DNA from: an uncultured Planctomycetota bacterium
GTDB taxonomy: Bacteria; Planctomycetota; Planctomycetia; Isosphaerales; Isosphaeraceae
Reading direction: 5' to 3'
NCBI GenBank assembly: GCA_963823665.1
Contig: CAWGMQ010000004.1
Location: 1,664,001 to 1,728,000, forward strand
DNA: 64,000 nucleotides
Under the pieces are notes generated by a model. It worked only from the letters and a program-made list of their open reading frames with translations, did no database searches and was not told where the DNA came from. The position numbers and the translations under genes were made by a program. This document shows, piece by piece, positions 1-10,411 of the stretch (within the stretch, counting starts at the first letter, position 1; each line of letters begins with the position of its first letter).

Positions 1-2
1 TC

Positions 3-701
3 AACCGGCTCAACGGCCAGGTTGACTTCACCATCCAGGATCCGGTCAACGCTAACGGCAGTGCACCCTCAGGCGTCTGGGTCAATACCTTGCTCGACTC
101 GTCCAACTACCTGTTGACCAAGGTCCACCCCCAGAAGAACTTCCCCGGCAAGTACTACGTCTCCAACGTCACGGCCACTCCCGACCCGAGCATCCCCTTC
201 GCCTACGACGTGGCCGTCACCTTCAGGGCCGGCGAGACCATCCGGGGCGGTTACTACCTCTTCACGATCCGCGACTCCTCCAACGGAGACTCCTCCGTGC
301 AGGACCTCGCCGAAAACCATCTCGACGGCGTCTTCTACGGGTCATTCCCCTCCGGCAACGGAATCAATGGCAGCGACTTCGTCGCCGAGCTTCAGGCCTA
401 CCACGACAAGGTCTTCGCCCCCCAGACCATCATCGGCACCGCAAGCGCCGCCAACGGCGGCAACGGCGGCGCACGCGTCAATCCGATTCACAGCGGCGTC
501 TTCATGCCGGCCATCCCCAGGGGGGACGCGCCGATCTTCTCCTCGACCACCAGCGCGGTCACTGCGGCCAAGAAAGGCAAGGGGCAAATCGTCGTCAAAG
601 CCAAGCACGGCGTGTCGCTGGTCAAGCACCACGCAACCAGCGCGATGAAGCACACCAAGGTCGTGCTCAGCAACAACCATCCCAAGGGACCGGCCAACTA
701 A
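3..701 (+). CDS. C-terminal part of a large secreted Ig-like/beta-rich protein (starts before the window)
   Basis: Frame 3 is open from base 3 to TAA at 701; beta-strand-rich sequence with a basic His/Lys-rich tail; followed by hairpins. Confidence 0.65.
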   Translation, partial: NRLNGQVDFTIQDPVNANGSAPSGVWVNTLLDSSNYLLTKVHPQKNFPGKYYVSNVTATPDPSIPFAYDVAVTFRAGETIRGGYYLFTIRDSSNGDSSVQDLAENHLDGVFYGSFPSGNGINGSDFVAELQAYHDKVFAPQTIIGTASAANGGNGGARVNPIHSGVFMPAIPRGDAPIFSSTTSAVTAAKKGKGQIVVKAKHGVSLVKHHATSAMKHTKVVLSNNHPKGPAN

Positions 702-716
702 AGGGCGATCCCAGAA

Positions 717-739
717 TCCCGCCGGCTAGCCCGGCGGGA
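717..739. terminator. Hairpin (9-bp stem) between convergent genes
   Basis: tcccgccgg-ctagc-ccggcggga. Confidence 0.45.
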
Positions 740-763
740 ATCAACCCCTGAACGTTATTCAAC

Positions 764-808
764 AACGGCCGCATCCGGCTCGACTGCCGGATGCGGCCGT
801 TCGTTTCT
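764..808. terminator. Probable bidirectional intrinsic terminator
   Basis: Perfect 16-bp stem aacggccgcatccggc-tcgact-gccggatgcggccgtt followed by cgtttct, between convergent genes. Confidence 0.7.
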
Positions 809-867
809 GCCCCAACGGGGCCGCGGTCAATAGCCAGCGGCTTTTCAGCCCCTGGCGACCCTTACAG

Positions 868-2265
868 CTAACTATGCTGAAGTTGATTGATCTTGTTGTA
901 GAGGGTCTTGAGACTGATGCCCAGCTCGCGTGAGGCCGCGGGCTTGTTGCCGTGGTGTTTCTCGAGGATGGTCTGGATAAACTTCATCTCGATGTCGCGC
1001 AGAGTCGGCGTGCCTTCCGGGATCTGGAAATGAGGTCCTGCGATCGAGGATGCGGCTGCCGCGGACGCCTTGGTGCGCGAGGGGAGCTGGGTCGGCAGAT
1101 GTTCCGGAAGGATCGGGCCGTTGCCGGCCAGAATGGTGGCACGCTCAATCATGTTGGCCAGCTCCCGGATATTGCCCGGCCATTCGTGGGCGGAAAGGAT
1201 CGCGATCGATGCCGGCGTGATCATCGACTCGGTCAGGCCGCGGCGTGCTGCGTGCCGCAGCAGCAAATGGTTCGCAAGGGCACCGATATCCGCCCTGCGC
1301 TCGCGAAGGGGGGGCAGGAAGATCTCGAATGTGTTGAGGCGGAAAAAGAGATCTTCGCGGAAGAGCTCATTCGCCACCATCTCGCGGAGATCGCGATTGG
1401 TCGCGCAGAGCACACGGACGTCGACCCGGAAAGGCTCGTTCTCGCCGACCTTGCGAATCTCACCGGATTCCAGGAATCGCAACAGCTTGACCTGCACGCT
1501 TTTGTCCAGCTCGCCCACTTCGTCGAGGAACAGTGTGCCGCCGTTGGCAACCTCGAAGAGGCCCTTGCGGTGTGCGTCGGCACCGGTGAAGGCACCTTTG
1601 CGGTGGCCGAATAGCTCGCTCTCGACGAGATTTTCGGGGAGTGCGCCGCAGTTGACCGGAATGAACGCCCGATCGGCGCGCCGGCTCTTGTCGTGGAGGC
1701 TACGCGCCACCAGCTCCTTGCCAGTGCCGGTTTCGCCCAGGATCATCACCGAGGCGTCCGTGGGGGCGATGGTATCGATCAAGCGCCGAACTTGCTGCAT
1801 GGCTGGGGTCTCGCCGATCAAGAGCGGCATCCCCTCGGCGGCCTTCAAACGGGTTTCGAGCGCGGCGGTCTTGTTCGCCATGTCGCGCCGTTCGGCCACG
1901 CGGTTCAAGATCATCTCGAGCTCGGCCCACTTGCACGGTTTCGTCAGGTAATCGAACGCCCCCAGTCGCAGCGCCTGGACGGCGGTGTCGACCGTTGCGT
2001 GGCCGGTCAAGATGATCACTTGAGTCTCGGGACTCGCCTGGCGAATCTGGCCGAGAACCTCGATGCCGGTCAATCCCGGCATCCGCAGGTCAAGCAGCGC
2101 CGCGTCGTAGAACCCCTGCTCGAGTGCCTTGAGCGCCGCTGCGCCGTCGGGACACACAGTGACTTCATGTCCCAGACGGGGCAGCTCCATCTGCATCAGA
2201 TCTCGCAAGTGGGATTCATCGTCGGCAAATAAGATCCGCAATCCTCCCTGACGCGACTTCTCCAT
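868..2265 (-). CDS. Sigma54-dependent response regulator (NtrC/AtoC family)
   Basis: Receiver (ILFADDE...LLDLRMP), AAA+ (GETGTGKE, ELFGHRKGAFTGA, LFLDEVGE), C-terminal Fis HTH; start moved to MEKSRQ. Confidence 0.95.
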   Translation of the reverse strand: MEKSRQGGLRILFADDESHLRDLMQMELPRLGHEVTVCPDGAAALKALEQGFYDAALLDLRMPGLTGIEVLGQIRQASPETQVIILTGHATVDTAVQALRLGAFDYLTKPCKWAELEMILNRVAERRDMANKTAALETRLKAAEGMPLLIGETPAMQQVRRLIDTIAPTDASVMILGETGTGKELVARSLHDKSRRADRAFIPVNCGALPENLVESELFGHRKGAFTGADAHRKGLFEVANGGTLFLDEVGELDKSVQVKLLRFLESGEIRKVGENEPFRVDVRVLCATNRDLREMVANELFREDLFFRLNTFEIFLPPLRERRADIGALANHLLLRHAARRGLTESMITPASIAILSAHEWPGNIRELANMIERATILAGNGPILPEHLPTQLPSRTKASAAAASSIAGPHFQIPEGTPTLRDIEMKFIQTILEKHHGNKPAASRELGISLKTLYNKINQLQHS

Positions 2266-2284
2266 CACAATTCCTTTGGCTAAT

Positions 2285-3914
2285 TTAGAGGGCCGCGACA
2301 GGCTCGGGCCGGAGACGGCCGGCACTCCTCGAGCCCGTGGCACCGTGGTTGGAGATTTCGGTGGGATCGATGGGTAGCCGCACCGTGAACGTCGAGCCCT
2401 GGTCCATTCCCGGACTCGTCGCCATGATTTCACCGTGATGCTGATTCACGATCCGATGAGTGATGGAAAGACCAAGCCCCGTGCCCTTGCCGTCGCGGCG
2501 CTTGGTGAAGAACGGCTCGAAAATGTTCTCGAGCACGGCCGCGCTCATCCCGCAGCCGTTGTCGGTGAAGACCATTTCCGCCATGCCGTGGTTGTAACGC
2601 GCGTCGATCTTGAGCGTGCCTGTCCCTCCCATCGACTCGAGCGCATTCACGATCAAATTGAGAACGACCTGCTTGATTTCCTGCGCGTCAACGTGCGCCA
2701 TCACCGCCTCTCGGGGATGAAAGAGGATATTCTTCCCTGTATATTTGCCAATGTGGCGGATCATGTCGACGACGCCTTGAATCAAGCCGGCCAGATCGGT
2801 CCGCTCGCGTTTGATGTCGTTGCAGCGCGAGAAGTCGAGCAGCTTCTCGGTGATGTTCTTGCAGCGGAATGCTTCTTCCTGGATCATTTTCAAGTAATTG
2901 ATCACGACACCCTTTTCGGCCGGATTGGGCGACTCGAGCAGCCGCGCGAGTCGATGGTCGAGGGCTTCGGCGCAAAACGCAATCGATGCCAGCGGATTGT
3001 TGATCTCATGCGCGACTCCGGCGGCCAGGAAGCCGACGCCGGCAAGTCGCTCCGATCGGACGAGCTGCCTGCTTCGTTCCTGCACCTGCTGCTCGAGATC
3101 CGCATAGGTCATGCTGATCTTCGATGTCATGTCGTTGAACGCTTCAGCCAGGTCTTGCATCTCATCGCCGGAATGCAGATCGATCTTGTAGTTGAACGAG
3201 CCGCGAGCCACGTGCCGCACACCGCGCTGCAAGAGGCGCAGCGGCAGCAAGACCCATCTATGGAAAAGCAGCGTGAGCCCGCACAGCATGCCCAGCACCA
3301 TCAGTGAGGAGATCCAGACGATGATCCGGCCCACCTGATACTGGTTTTCTGACATCTTGAGAACCGCCCGGAAGTCTTCATAAAGCCGTCTGGGAAGCTC
3401 GAGCACGGTTTCGTTCAATCGCTCGATCCGCGACGGCAGCCCGGTGGCCGGCTTCACCTGCGGCAACAGCTCCGGGTGATGCTCCACGTAATACTCCGTG
3501 CCCGGAAGCTTCCGCTCCGGAGGCGAATGATCCAGCTCGCTCAAGATGGCCGCCAGATCGTCGTCGATCAGGAACGCCAATCCCAACTCATCCGTGCCGC
3601 TATCGACTCGGCTTCCCTGATTGGCGTTCTTCTTCAACTGGGTGAAGTACGTGACAAGGTCACGCTGCGCCCTGACGACCTGCTGCCTCAGCTCGGCGCT
3701 CTCCTGGGGCGAGTTCGTGCGGGGCGCGCAACGGGGCAGCGGACCTCATCAATGCCGCAGATGCCCCAATTTCTCTGATTTGATCGAGAAACGTGAGGTA
3801 GCTCAAATGGAAGGAGTGGAGGCCGAAGATCGACGTGCCCATGAGGATGAGCATCATCCCAACGACGACGCTCAAGCCAACGAACAGCTTGAGGCGAATT
3901 GGCCATCGGAGCAT
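2285..3914 (-). CDS. HAMP-domain sensor histidine kinase (frameshift near 3720-3740)
   Basis: H-box GVAHEINNPL, N-box QVVLNLIVNA, DNGCGM, GTGLGL. The first TM segment (MLRWPIRLKLFVGL...) lies in another frame (ORF 3660..4004). Confidence 0.9.
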
Positions 3915-4020
3915 GACGACCTCCATGTCGTAGGGGAATCCCAGATGGGCCTGGCTTGCCCGACGGTACCGGCTTGGGGGCGTCAATATTACAAAACTTG
4001 CCAATTAGCGGAAGGCAAGT

Positions 4021-5487
4021 TCAGCGAAACAGCCCCCGCATCTGGCTCACGGCGGAAATGACCAGCGCGGCGCTCAAGATCACGCCCAGACCCCAACGCA
4101 GGCGCCGAACGCTGGACTGAAAGGCTACTTCCCGCTCCGGATGGCGTTCGAGGGCCTCGAGGAACGCAATCCGGCTGGCGATTGATCCGTGGCGCCACGA
4201 TCGGTTCGAGCGGTCGAGCCCGTTGAAGTGAGCGACGTCGATCAGCGCGTCGGCGAAGATTCGGATCCCAACCGGGCAAAGGCTCGGCTTGGACGCGACC
4301 GACGGCTCCGGCGCCAGCTCGTTGTCCAGATCCGAGTGCGGAGGGCAGTCGGCCATATCACAGGAAACCACTTTGCTCCCGTAGACATCGGCCTGTCGCT
4401 CGAATCGCCGCGACACGTAGCCGAACACAAACCAAAAATAGAGCCCCAGAGCGATGACCAGAAGAACACCCTCGACGACTGCAGGGTTGAGCCAGCTCGA
4501 TCGCGAGAGCATCGGGCTCGAAAGTGAGACGAGATCACCGAAGATCGAAAGCGCGCCGAGCGAGCCCAGGAAGAAGAATCCGAAGTAAAGGAAATGCCGA
4601 TGCGCGACGTGGCCAATCTCATGGCCGAAAACCGCTGTCGACTCGAGCGGCGTCAGCGTCTCGAGCAGGGCGTCGCTCAGCAAGACATAGCGAAAGCGCG
4701 GCAGGATGCCGGTGACACAGGCGTTCACCATCATCTGACCCGTATCCCAGACGAGTATGTCCGTGAATCGAAAACCCACCCGCTCCGCCGCACGTTCGAG
4801 CCGCCGGCGCAATGCCCCCGGCGGCAAAGAAGAAGTCGGCCACGCCAGGCGAACGAAGAGCGGTGACAGCGCCAGAACAAAGAAGCCGATTACGATCATT
4901 TCGACCGGCTCCCAGACCTCTTGCGCTTCGGAGCTCGACACGAGGCGCCCGATGACATCCCTTCGAATCACGTACCAAAGGATGACCGGCAGAGTCAGTC
5001 CGAGTGATTGCCTGCCCTTGAGAACCAGATATCGTAAGAGCCCGCGCTCGACGCCGATTCCCTGCCGGATCTGCAGCGCATGGTCAGCAAAGTAAAGCCC
5101 CCACCAGACCAGAAGCTGAATCATCAAGAACGGCAGGAAGACGACGAGGTCGTCGAACAGAATCGCTCCATCCAGCCCCCAATTCCCCCGAACCAGCTTC
5201 GACCAGCCCACCCAGTGGATAATCCAGGCGTAAACCACCAGCGAGAGAAACGTGATCAGCCGCACTCCGAGCGCATAGCCTTGCCGCAGCCTGGAGGTCG
5301 TGGCCCCGATGTGCGATGCTCGGAACGCAACCCAGAACCCAAGCCCAAACGCCAGGCCCGCGATCAGGATCACGCCCCCGAACGTTTCGAGCACACGCGT
5401 CGCGACGTCTGCCGGTGGAACCCCCGTCGCCGGGGGCTCGAGCCCAAATGCAATCAAGAGCGCAATCAGCAAAGAAAGAGGCATCAT
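4021..5487 (-). CDS. M48 (HtpX/Ste24) membrane zinc metallopeptidase
   Basis: Multiple TM segments, VNACVTG, HEIGH, FERQAD, HGSIASRI. Confidence 0.9.
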   Translation of the reverse strand: MMPLSLLIALLIAFGLEPPATGVPPADVATRVLETFGGVILIAGLAFGLGFWVAFRASHIGATTSRLRQGYALGVRLITFLSLVVYAWIIHWVGWSKLVRGNWGLDGAILFDDLVVFLPFLMIQLLVWWGLYFADHALQIRQGIGVERGLLRYLVLKGRQSLGLTLPVILWYVIRRDVIGRLVSSSEAQEVWEPVEMIVIGFFVLALSPLFVRLAWPTSSLPPGALRRRLERAAERVGFRFTDILVWDTGQMMVNACVTGILPRFRYVLLSDALLETLTPLESTAVFGHEIGHVAHRHFLYFGFFFLGSLGALSIFGDLVSLSSPMLSRSSWLNPAVVEGVLLVIALGLYFWFVFGYVSRRFERQADVYGSKVVSCDMADCPPHSDLDNELAPEPSVASKPSLCPVGIRIFADALIDVAHFNGLDRSNRSWRHGSIASRIAFLEALERHPEREVAFQSSVRRLRWGLGVILSAALVISAVSQMRGLFR

Positions 5488-5601
5488 CGTCGAACTGAAC
5501 CGCCAGTGGGCTCCGCAATCGGCTAAGGGCGTCTGCAATCCGTGCCAAATATCACGTTCCGCCGGCACACTCGAGCGGATCCAAGCAAGTCGCGCGGGCG
5601 G

Positions 5602-6288
5602 TCATACGGGAGCCGCGCCCACAACCACGAGAAGAACGGGCTGAACCACGGCCTCCGACTCGCCCTTGACCTGTAATTTCAGGGGAATAGCAACGCTCCA
5701 CGTATTCTTTTCTGCGTCCCGGACCATGGCTGGAATCGTCTTGGAGGAGTCGGTCGAAGCCCCCTGCAGAAGCAGCACCGCCGGATGGCTCGTCCCTGCC
5801 GATTCGGCGCTTTGCTGCTCAAGCTGCTTGCGAGACGGGAGGTCGCTCTTGGTATCCTTTGCCGCCGGCAGGAGCAAAACGTAGTCTCGAAAAGTGCTCA
5901 CCCCCAGATGATCGCCGTTAACCGGCTGCAGGCCGTATCGCATCGTGTACAGGCCCTTCGCAATCGACTGATCGCGATAGTCGCGCCCCTCGGAGACGTA
6001 CTGCAACACACCGATCAACTCTCCGTCAGCGAGGAACGGCAAGAGCACCACACCCTTGGGTCCAGAAGGTTTCTCACTCGCGGGAATAGTCTTGCGCAGC
6101 CAGATCTCGGCGAGCGTCTGACCTTTATCATCCTGAATGCGGTACCCCTCTGCGTTCAAAAGTCCGCGAATGCCCGTGGCAGCCGCTGCCGGCGCGGCCT
6201 GCTTGAGAGCAGTCACCTTGTACGATTCCTGTGCAAGCACGGGTGCCGCCTGCACGCAGAAAAACAACCCTAACACGATCCTGCGCAT
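5602..6288 (-). CDS. Secreted hypothetical protein
   Basis: Signal peptide MRRIVLGLFFCVQAAPVLAQ followed by a globular domain with PVNGDHLG. Confidence 0.7.
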   Translation of the reverse strand: MRRIVLGLFFCVQAAPVLAQESYKVTALKQAAPAAAATGIRGLLNAEGYRIQDDKGQTLAEIWLRKTIPASEKPSGPKGVVLLPFLADGELIGVLQYVSEGRDYRDQSIAKGLYTMRYGLQPVNGDHLGVSTFRDYVLLLPAAKDTKSDLPSRKQLEQQSAESAGTSHPAVLLLQGASTDSSKTIPAMVRDAEKNTWSVAIPLKLQVKGESEAVVQPVLLVVVGAAPV

Positions 6289-6495
6289 CGATTGAGACCT
6301 CGTTCGCGATCGAGGTGCGGAACCCTCTCGCTCAAGTGTGCGATTCCGCGGTTCGGGAGGGGACACCCAGGGGATTGCCGGAGCGGCGCGGTCGATAACA
6401 TTCTCGTGACTTGGGCTCTCCAACCTGGCGCCAGGCCAGAAACCCGATCCGGCTGTCGGGGCGAGAGAGCCCCGACGGCCTTGCGGTCAAAGCCT

Positions 6496-7200
6496 TCAAT
6501 GAGTGAAGTGACCGACGAAGCTGCTCCTGCAATTCGGGTCCTCCCAGTTGGCCTGGAGACCGTCGCCCTTGAAAGTGTGACCGAGCGTGAACGCGGGCTG
6601 GGCACTGACGCCTTTGGAAAGCGGAGGATAGGCGATCACTTCGTTGCCGCAGGCATGGTCGCGATCGTCGAGCGGGCGAGTGACGATCTTCGCCAGCCCC
6701 GCCGCCCAGAACGACGCCCGCGGAGAGTGGGGCATGTCGTGGACCGCGTGAGCCGCGTTTGGTTCCGCTCGAGCATGCTCTTCCAGCTTCAGACTCATGT
6801 GCGTGCTCGTGACTTTGGCGATTCGGGAGAGCCGCGCACCGCCCAGCTCCTTGGCCATTGCGATGAGCGCCTCGCGCTGCCGGCTGTCAGCCCGGTCGTC
6901 GACCATCAAGACCGACTCCGCCTTCTCAGGCTGATCTTCGGTGAACGTGGTGGTTCCATCAATCGCCGCCGCCACACACAGCCCGCCAAGGTCCACCCCG
7001 TTCCACGATCCTTCCGTCACCTTCCACGCCATCACCGCCCGATTGCCGTAAATGAAAACCTCGGCGTTGGAGAAGCACGGCCCGGTGAAAACGTCTGCGG
7101 TGCGCGCCTCAACGTAGTCGCCGCGAATTCCGGCCCCTCGCGCGGTCGAGACCCCAAGCCCGAACAAGATCACAGTCAAGGCTGATACCATCGTTCGCAT
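6496..7200 (-). CDS. DUF1326-like secreted protein
   Basis: Signal peptide; GDYVEARTADVFTGPCFSN and GSWNGVDLGGL motifs. Confidence 0.75.
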   Translation of the reverse strand: MRTMVSALTVILFGLGVSTARGAGIRGDYVEARTADVFTGPCFSNAEVFIYGNRAVMAWKVTEGSWNGVDLGGLCVAAAIDGTTTFTEDQPEKAESVLMVDDRADSRQREALIAMAKELGGARLSRIAKVTSTHMSLKLEEHARAEPNAAHAVHDMPHSPRASFWAAGLAKIVTRPLDDRDHACGNEVIAYPPLSKGVSAQPAFTLGHTFKGDGLQANWEDPNCRSSFVGHFTH

Positions 7201-7437
7201 TACAGTTAGCCCCCGATCAAAAAGCCAAACATCTCGGAACGTGGCGAGCCGAAATGGATCGCGCAGCAGAAGCTCAGGCGCTGGCCTGACTTACCACCGG
7301 AACGTTCCGATTCAATGTGCGAGTTCTTTGCCCACATTCCACGAATAGGTAGCCACCAGTGTAACACACCCTGGATTATGCGTGACAATTCGAACGTCAG
7401 TCAAGGGGCGCCAGTGTGCCCGATCCGCCCGTCGGGC

Positions 7438-7905
7438 TTATTTTCGAGTGCCTTCGGGTTCGCGACCCGAGTTGGCGCCCGTACCCTGGCTCGCCGTCGA
7501 TTGTGGACGACTCTTCTGGTTCGTCGACGGTGCGGGCGACGCCTGGCTCAATCGTTCGTCGGCTTTCGCTCGCGATTCACCGAGGCTCGACACAAGCTGG
7601 TGATAGGCCGCTTCGAGTTGATCACGTTCGTCCTGATAGGCGCGCACGTTGCTTTCAAAGCGCTCGATTGCCTCGTCCTGGCTGGCGAGGCGGTTTGCAT
7701 CGTCCTCAGCTCGATCGGCAAGCTCCCGATTCTGGGTCTGGAGTACAAGGATCCGATCCTTGAGACGCGCGTTCTCGGACCGGAGCGTCCGGCTGAGTTG
7801 ACGGCATTCATCCACCTGCGAGCGGGGCGCCAGAGCGCATCCGCAGCAGAGCAATAGAGCGACGGTCAAATGCCGCGGTTTGACGATCGAACGTGGACGA
7901 ACCAT
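7438..7905 (-). CDS. Coiled-coil lipoprotein
   Basis: Lipobox-like LCCGC followed by a heptad-rich region. Confidence 0.65.
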   Translation of the reverse strand: MVRPRSIVKPRHLTVALLLCCGCALAPRSQVDECRQLSRTLRSENARLKDRILVLQTQNRELADRAEDDANRLASQDEAIERFESNVRAYQDERDQLEAAYHQLVSSLGESRAKADERLSQASPAPSTNQKSRPQSTASQGTGANSGREPEGTRK

Positions 7906-7944
7906 TCGTTCCGCCTCCTTTCGGGAACGACTGTTCGCAAGAGG

Positions 7945-9504
7945 TCAGCCTCCGAACATGCCGGAGAGGGTCCGCACCAATCCCGAGCCCATCGTGCCGC
8001 CGGACTGGTATTCGTACAGGTTTCGAACCAGGTCGTGCGCGACGAACGCCGCCAAGAACAAGCAGATCGTCGTGAAACCGAGCAAGCCGACCCAGATGCC
8101 GCTCCACTCCTGGTCGGCCTCACGGGACATCACCATCGCGGGCGCGGAACGTTCTGGGCCAGCCGAACTTTCCGACGACGACCAGGCCCCCATCTCACTC
8201 GAGACCGCGGAGTCGAAGCCGTCGTCCTCTTCGTCCTCGTCGTCTTCTGCGAACGCCGACGGGGCCATGGCCGTGGATGCATTCTGGTCGACGGCTTCTT
8301 CATCGATTGCGAAGACCTCCGAGCCGGTGTCGCTGTCTTCCAGGTCGAAGTCGCTGGCGGCTTCGAGCTGCACGGTCTTGTCGTCGGAATCGGCGTCAGA
8401 CAGGTTGACATCGACCTCGAAGTCCGTGTCGTCGAAGATATCCTTTTCACCCTTCTTGACCGAGGGGGGCGGGGTCGCCGAGAGGGACGGCTTGGCCTTG
8501 GACGGCTTGGCGCTGGTGTTCTTGGCTCGCTGGGTTGTCTCGAGTGCTTCGTCGGAGAGCGGGGCGAGCTCGATCGAATCAGCCTGGCCGAGGCCCAGGC
8601 CGGCCCCCGTTTGAAGGTTGATTCCGGAATCGCTCGGGCGCGAGAGGTTGATACCGGCCGCCTTCGGATCCGACGCTGTCACGTCGGAATCACTCGGCTT
8701 CGACATCGGGGTGGCTTCGAACTCGTCACTGGCATCCAGCGCGCTTAACTCGAAATCACTGCCCGAATCGGGCTGGAGAGCATCGATCAGCTCACTCGAG
8801 GGATTGAGCTCGAAGTCGCTGTCGGCTCCGGCCGCGGGAACCTCAGCCGATGACCCCAGGAGGGGGCTCACCCGCACCGACGTCTCGCTCGAGCTGCCCG
8901 AGCCGCTGATGATGCCGTGATCGGCGGTGTCTTCCTTGATGAGTGTGACATCCGAGTCGCTCGGCTGCTTGAGTCCCGGCGAGGCGAGTTGCACGTCGGA
9001 ATCACTTGCCCCACGCATCATGTTGTCCGGAACGAGTCTCACGTCCGAATCACTCGGCCGGCCGCCCGAAGTCGGCGCGCCGATGATGACTGAGCTCGAC
9101 CCGGTGACCGGGTTGGGCGGCACGGTGAGGTCGTCGAGCAGGATGTCGTGATCGGAGCCGGTGTCGGCCGACTTCTTCCGCCCGCCTTTGTCGGACTTGG
9201 AGATATGAGCCGATTCCGAGCCGAGATCGGTCTTGGAAACGCCCATGTGGAATTCGGACAGGTCGAGCTCTTCGAGCTCTCCGGAGCTTTTCCCGGCGGG
9301 CAGGTCGAGGTCGGAGAGTCTCAGCTCGGCGTCACTGCCTAAGCCGCGACGGCGCGCAAGCTCATCCACGTCGACAACACGGAACCGCCAGGAGCCGCCA
9401 TCCAGGAATGCTCGCACTTCCCGCGATTGGGCCTTCGCCTTGAGCTCCTCGGCACTCATCCCCAGAACCTTGGCGGCCTCTTCCAGCGTATAAAACTGAG
9501 CCAT
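7945..9504 (-). CDS. Excisionase-like HTH protein with a long acidic disordered linker and a C-terminal TM helix
   Basis: MAQFYTLEEAAKVLGMS...GSWRF; repeated SDSDVxL motifs; TM IWVGLLGFTTICLFLAAFVA; RBS GAGGAG. Confidence 0.85.
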   Translation of the reverse strand: MAQFYTLEEAAKVLGMSAEELKAKAQSREVRAFLDGGSWRFRVVDVDELARRRGLGSDAELRLSDLDLPAGKSSGELEELDLSEFHMGVSKTDLGSESAHISKSDKGGRKKSADTGSDHDILLDDLTVPPNPVTGSSSVIIGAPTSGGRPSDSDVRLVPDNMMRGASDSDVQLASPGLKQPSDSDVTLIKEDTADHGIISGSGSSSETSVRVSPLLGSSAEVPAAGADSDFELNPSSELIDALQPDSGSDFELSALDASDEFEATPMSKPSDSDVTASDPKAAGINLSRPSDSGINLQTGAGLGLGQADSIELAPLSDEALETTQRAKNTSAKPSKAKPSLSATPPPSVKKGEKDIFDDTDFEVDVNLSDADSDDKTVQLEAASDFDLEDSDTGSEVFAIDEEAVDQNASTAMAPSAFAEDDEDEEDDGFDSAVSSEMGAWSSSESSAGPERSAPAMVMSREADQEWSGIWVGLLGFTTICLFLAAFVAHDLVRNLYEYQSGGTMGSGLVRTLSGMFGG

Positions 9505-9603
9505 GGGCGTGCTCCTCGCGGTCGAAATCGGCTTTAGTGCAGCCGATTCAGTTCGATTCTCAGGGAAAGGAGACCGCGACCCAACATGTCTTCGGCCTCC
9601 GGT

Positions 9604-10077
9604 TTATTCCGGTGTTGAGCGAGAAAGAGTTTGAACCGTCGCCTTGATGGCATCGGGCTCGGGCGGCTGGTTGTTGTAGTGTTCGAGCTTGAGGTCCCAT
9701 TCGTACTGACGCGAGGCCTCAAGCTTCACGATTCCCTTGGGATTGTTGGGGTCGATCCGATAGAGCGCGAACGAACGGTTCTTGGTATCAATAAGGTAGA
9801 GCCATTGAGACTGCCCGGAATTCCCCGCCGCCCCGGTAATCAGCGCCAGAGTTCCGTTTGATTCTCCCAGCGTGTTTTGCCGCCCCGGCTGAGCCCGGTT
9901 GACGTCGGAAGGCCGCGTCGAGCTCGCCGTCTGTGCGGCTGGCCCTGACGCACCCCCACGCTCCGACTGGGCCGCGGCCTCAGGACCTCGCATTCCGAAA
10001 CCCCAGCAGAGGGCCACACCTAAAACCAAGCCCGGCAGCCCGTAACGTACCATCCCGCTCGCCACGCGCATTTCCAT
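9604..10077 (-). CDS. Exported hypothetical protein
   Basis: GGAGGAGG RBS; N-terminal hydrophobic segment; WLYLIDTK...LEASRQYEWDL. Confidence 0.7.
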   Translation of the reverse strand: MEMRVASGMVRYGLPGLVLGVALCWGFGMRGPEAAAQSERGGASGPAAQTASSTRPSDVNRAQPGRQNTLGESNGTLALITGAAGNSGQSQWLYLIDTKNRSFALYRIDPNNPKGIVKLEASRQYEWDLKLEHYNNQPPEPDAIKATVQTLSRSTPE

Positions 10078-10411
10078 CGACAACCTCCTCCGTGAGACGG
10101 AACGGGGCCTCTTGTCCGAAGAGTACCCTGAGGAAGATTCGCTCGGCACGCGTTCTTCACGCCCACAGTGCGAGCGCAAGCCTGTTGGAGACCAACGTGT
10201 TCAGTCTACCACACCAAATGCAAAAAGGGGCAGAGACCTCGGAACGGACGCCACGCGCCCAGTTCCTTTGAAATGTGCTCCAACCACTTCTCATTCTACA
10301 GCCTGGGTCGCTTAACGCAAGTCCAGACGCCACCACACCGGAGGCGCGATCACACGCCTCCGAATGGTGGCCCGACCGATCGTGGGCGCACGATCACGCC
10401 CACTTTCGCGC

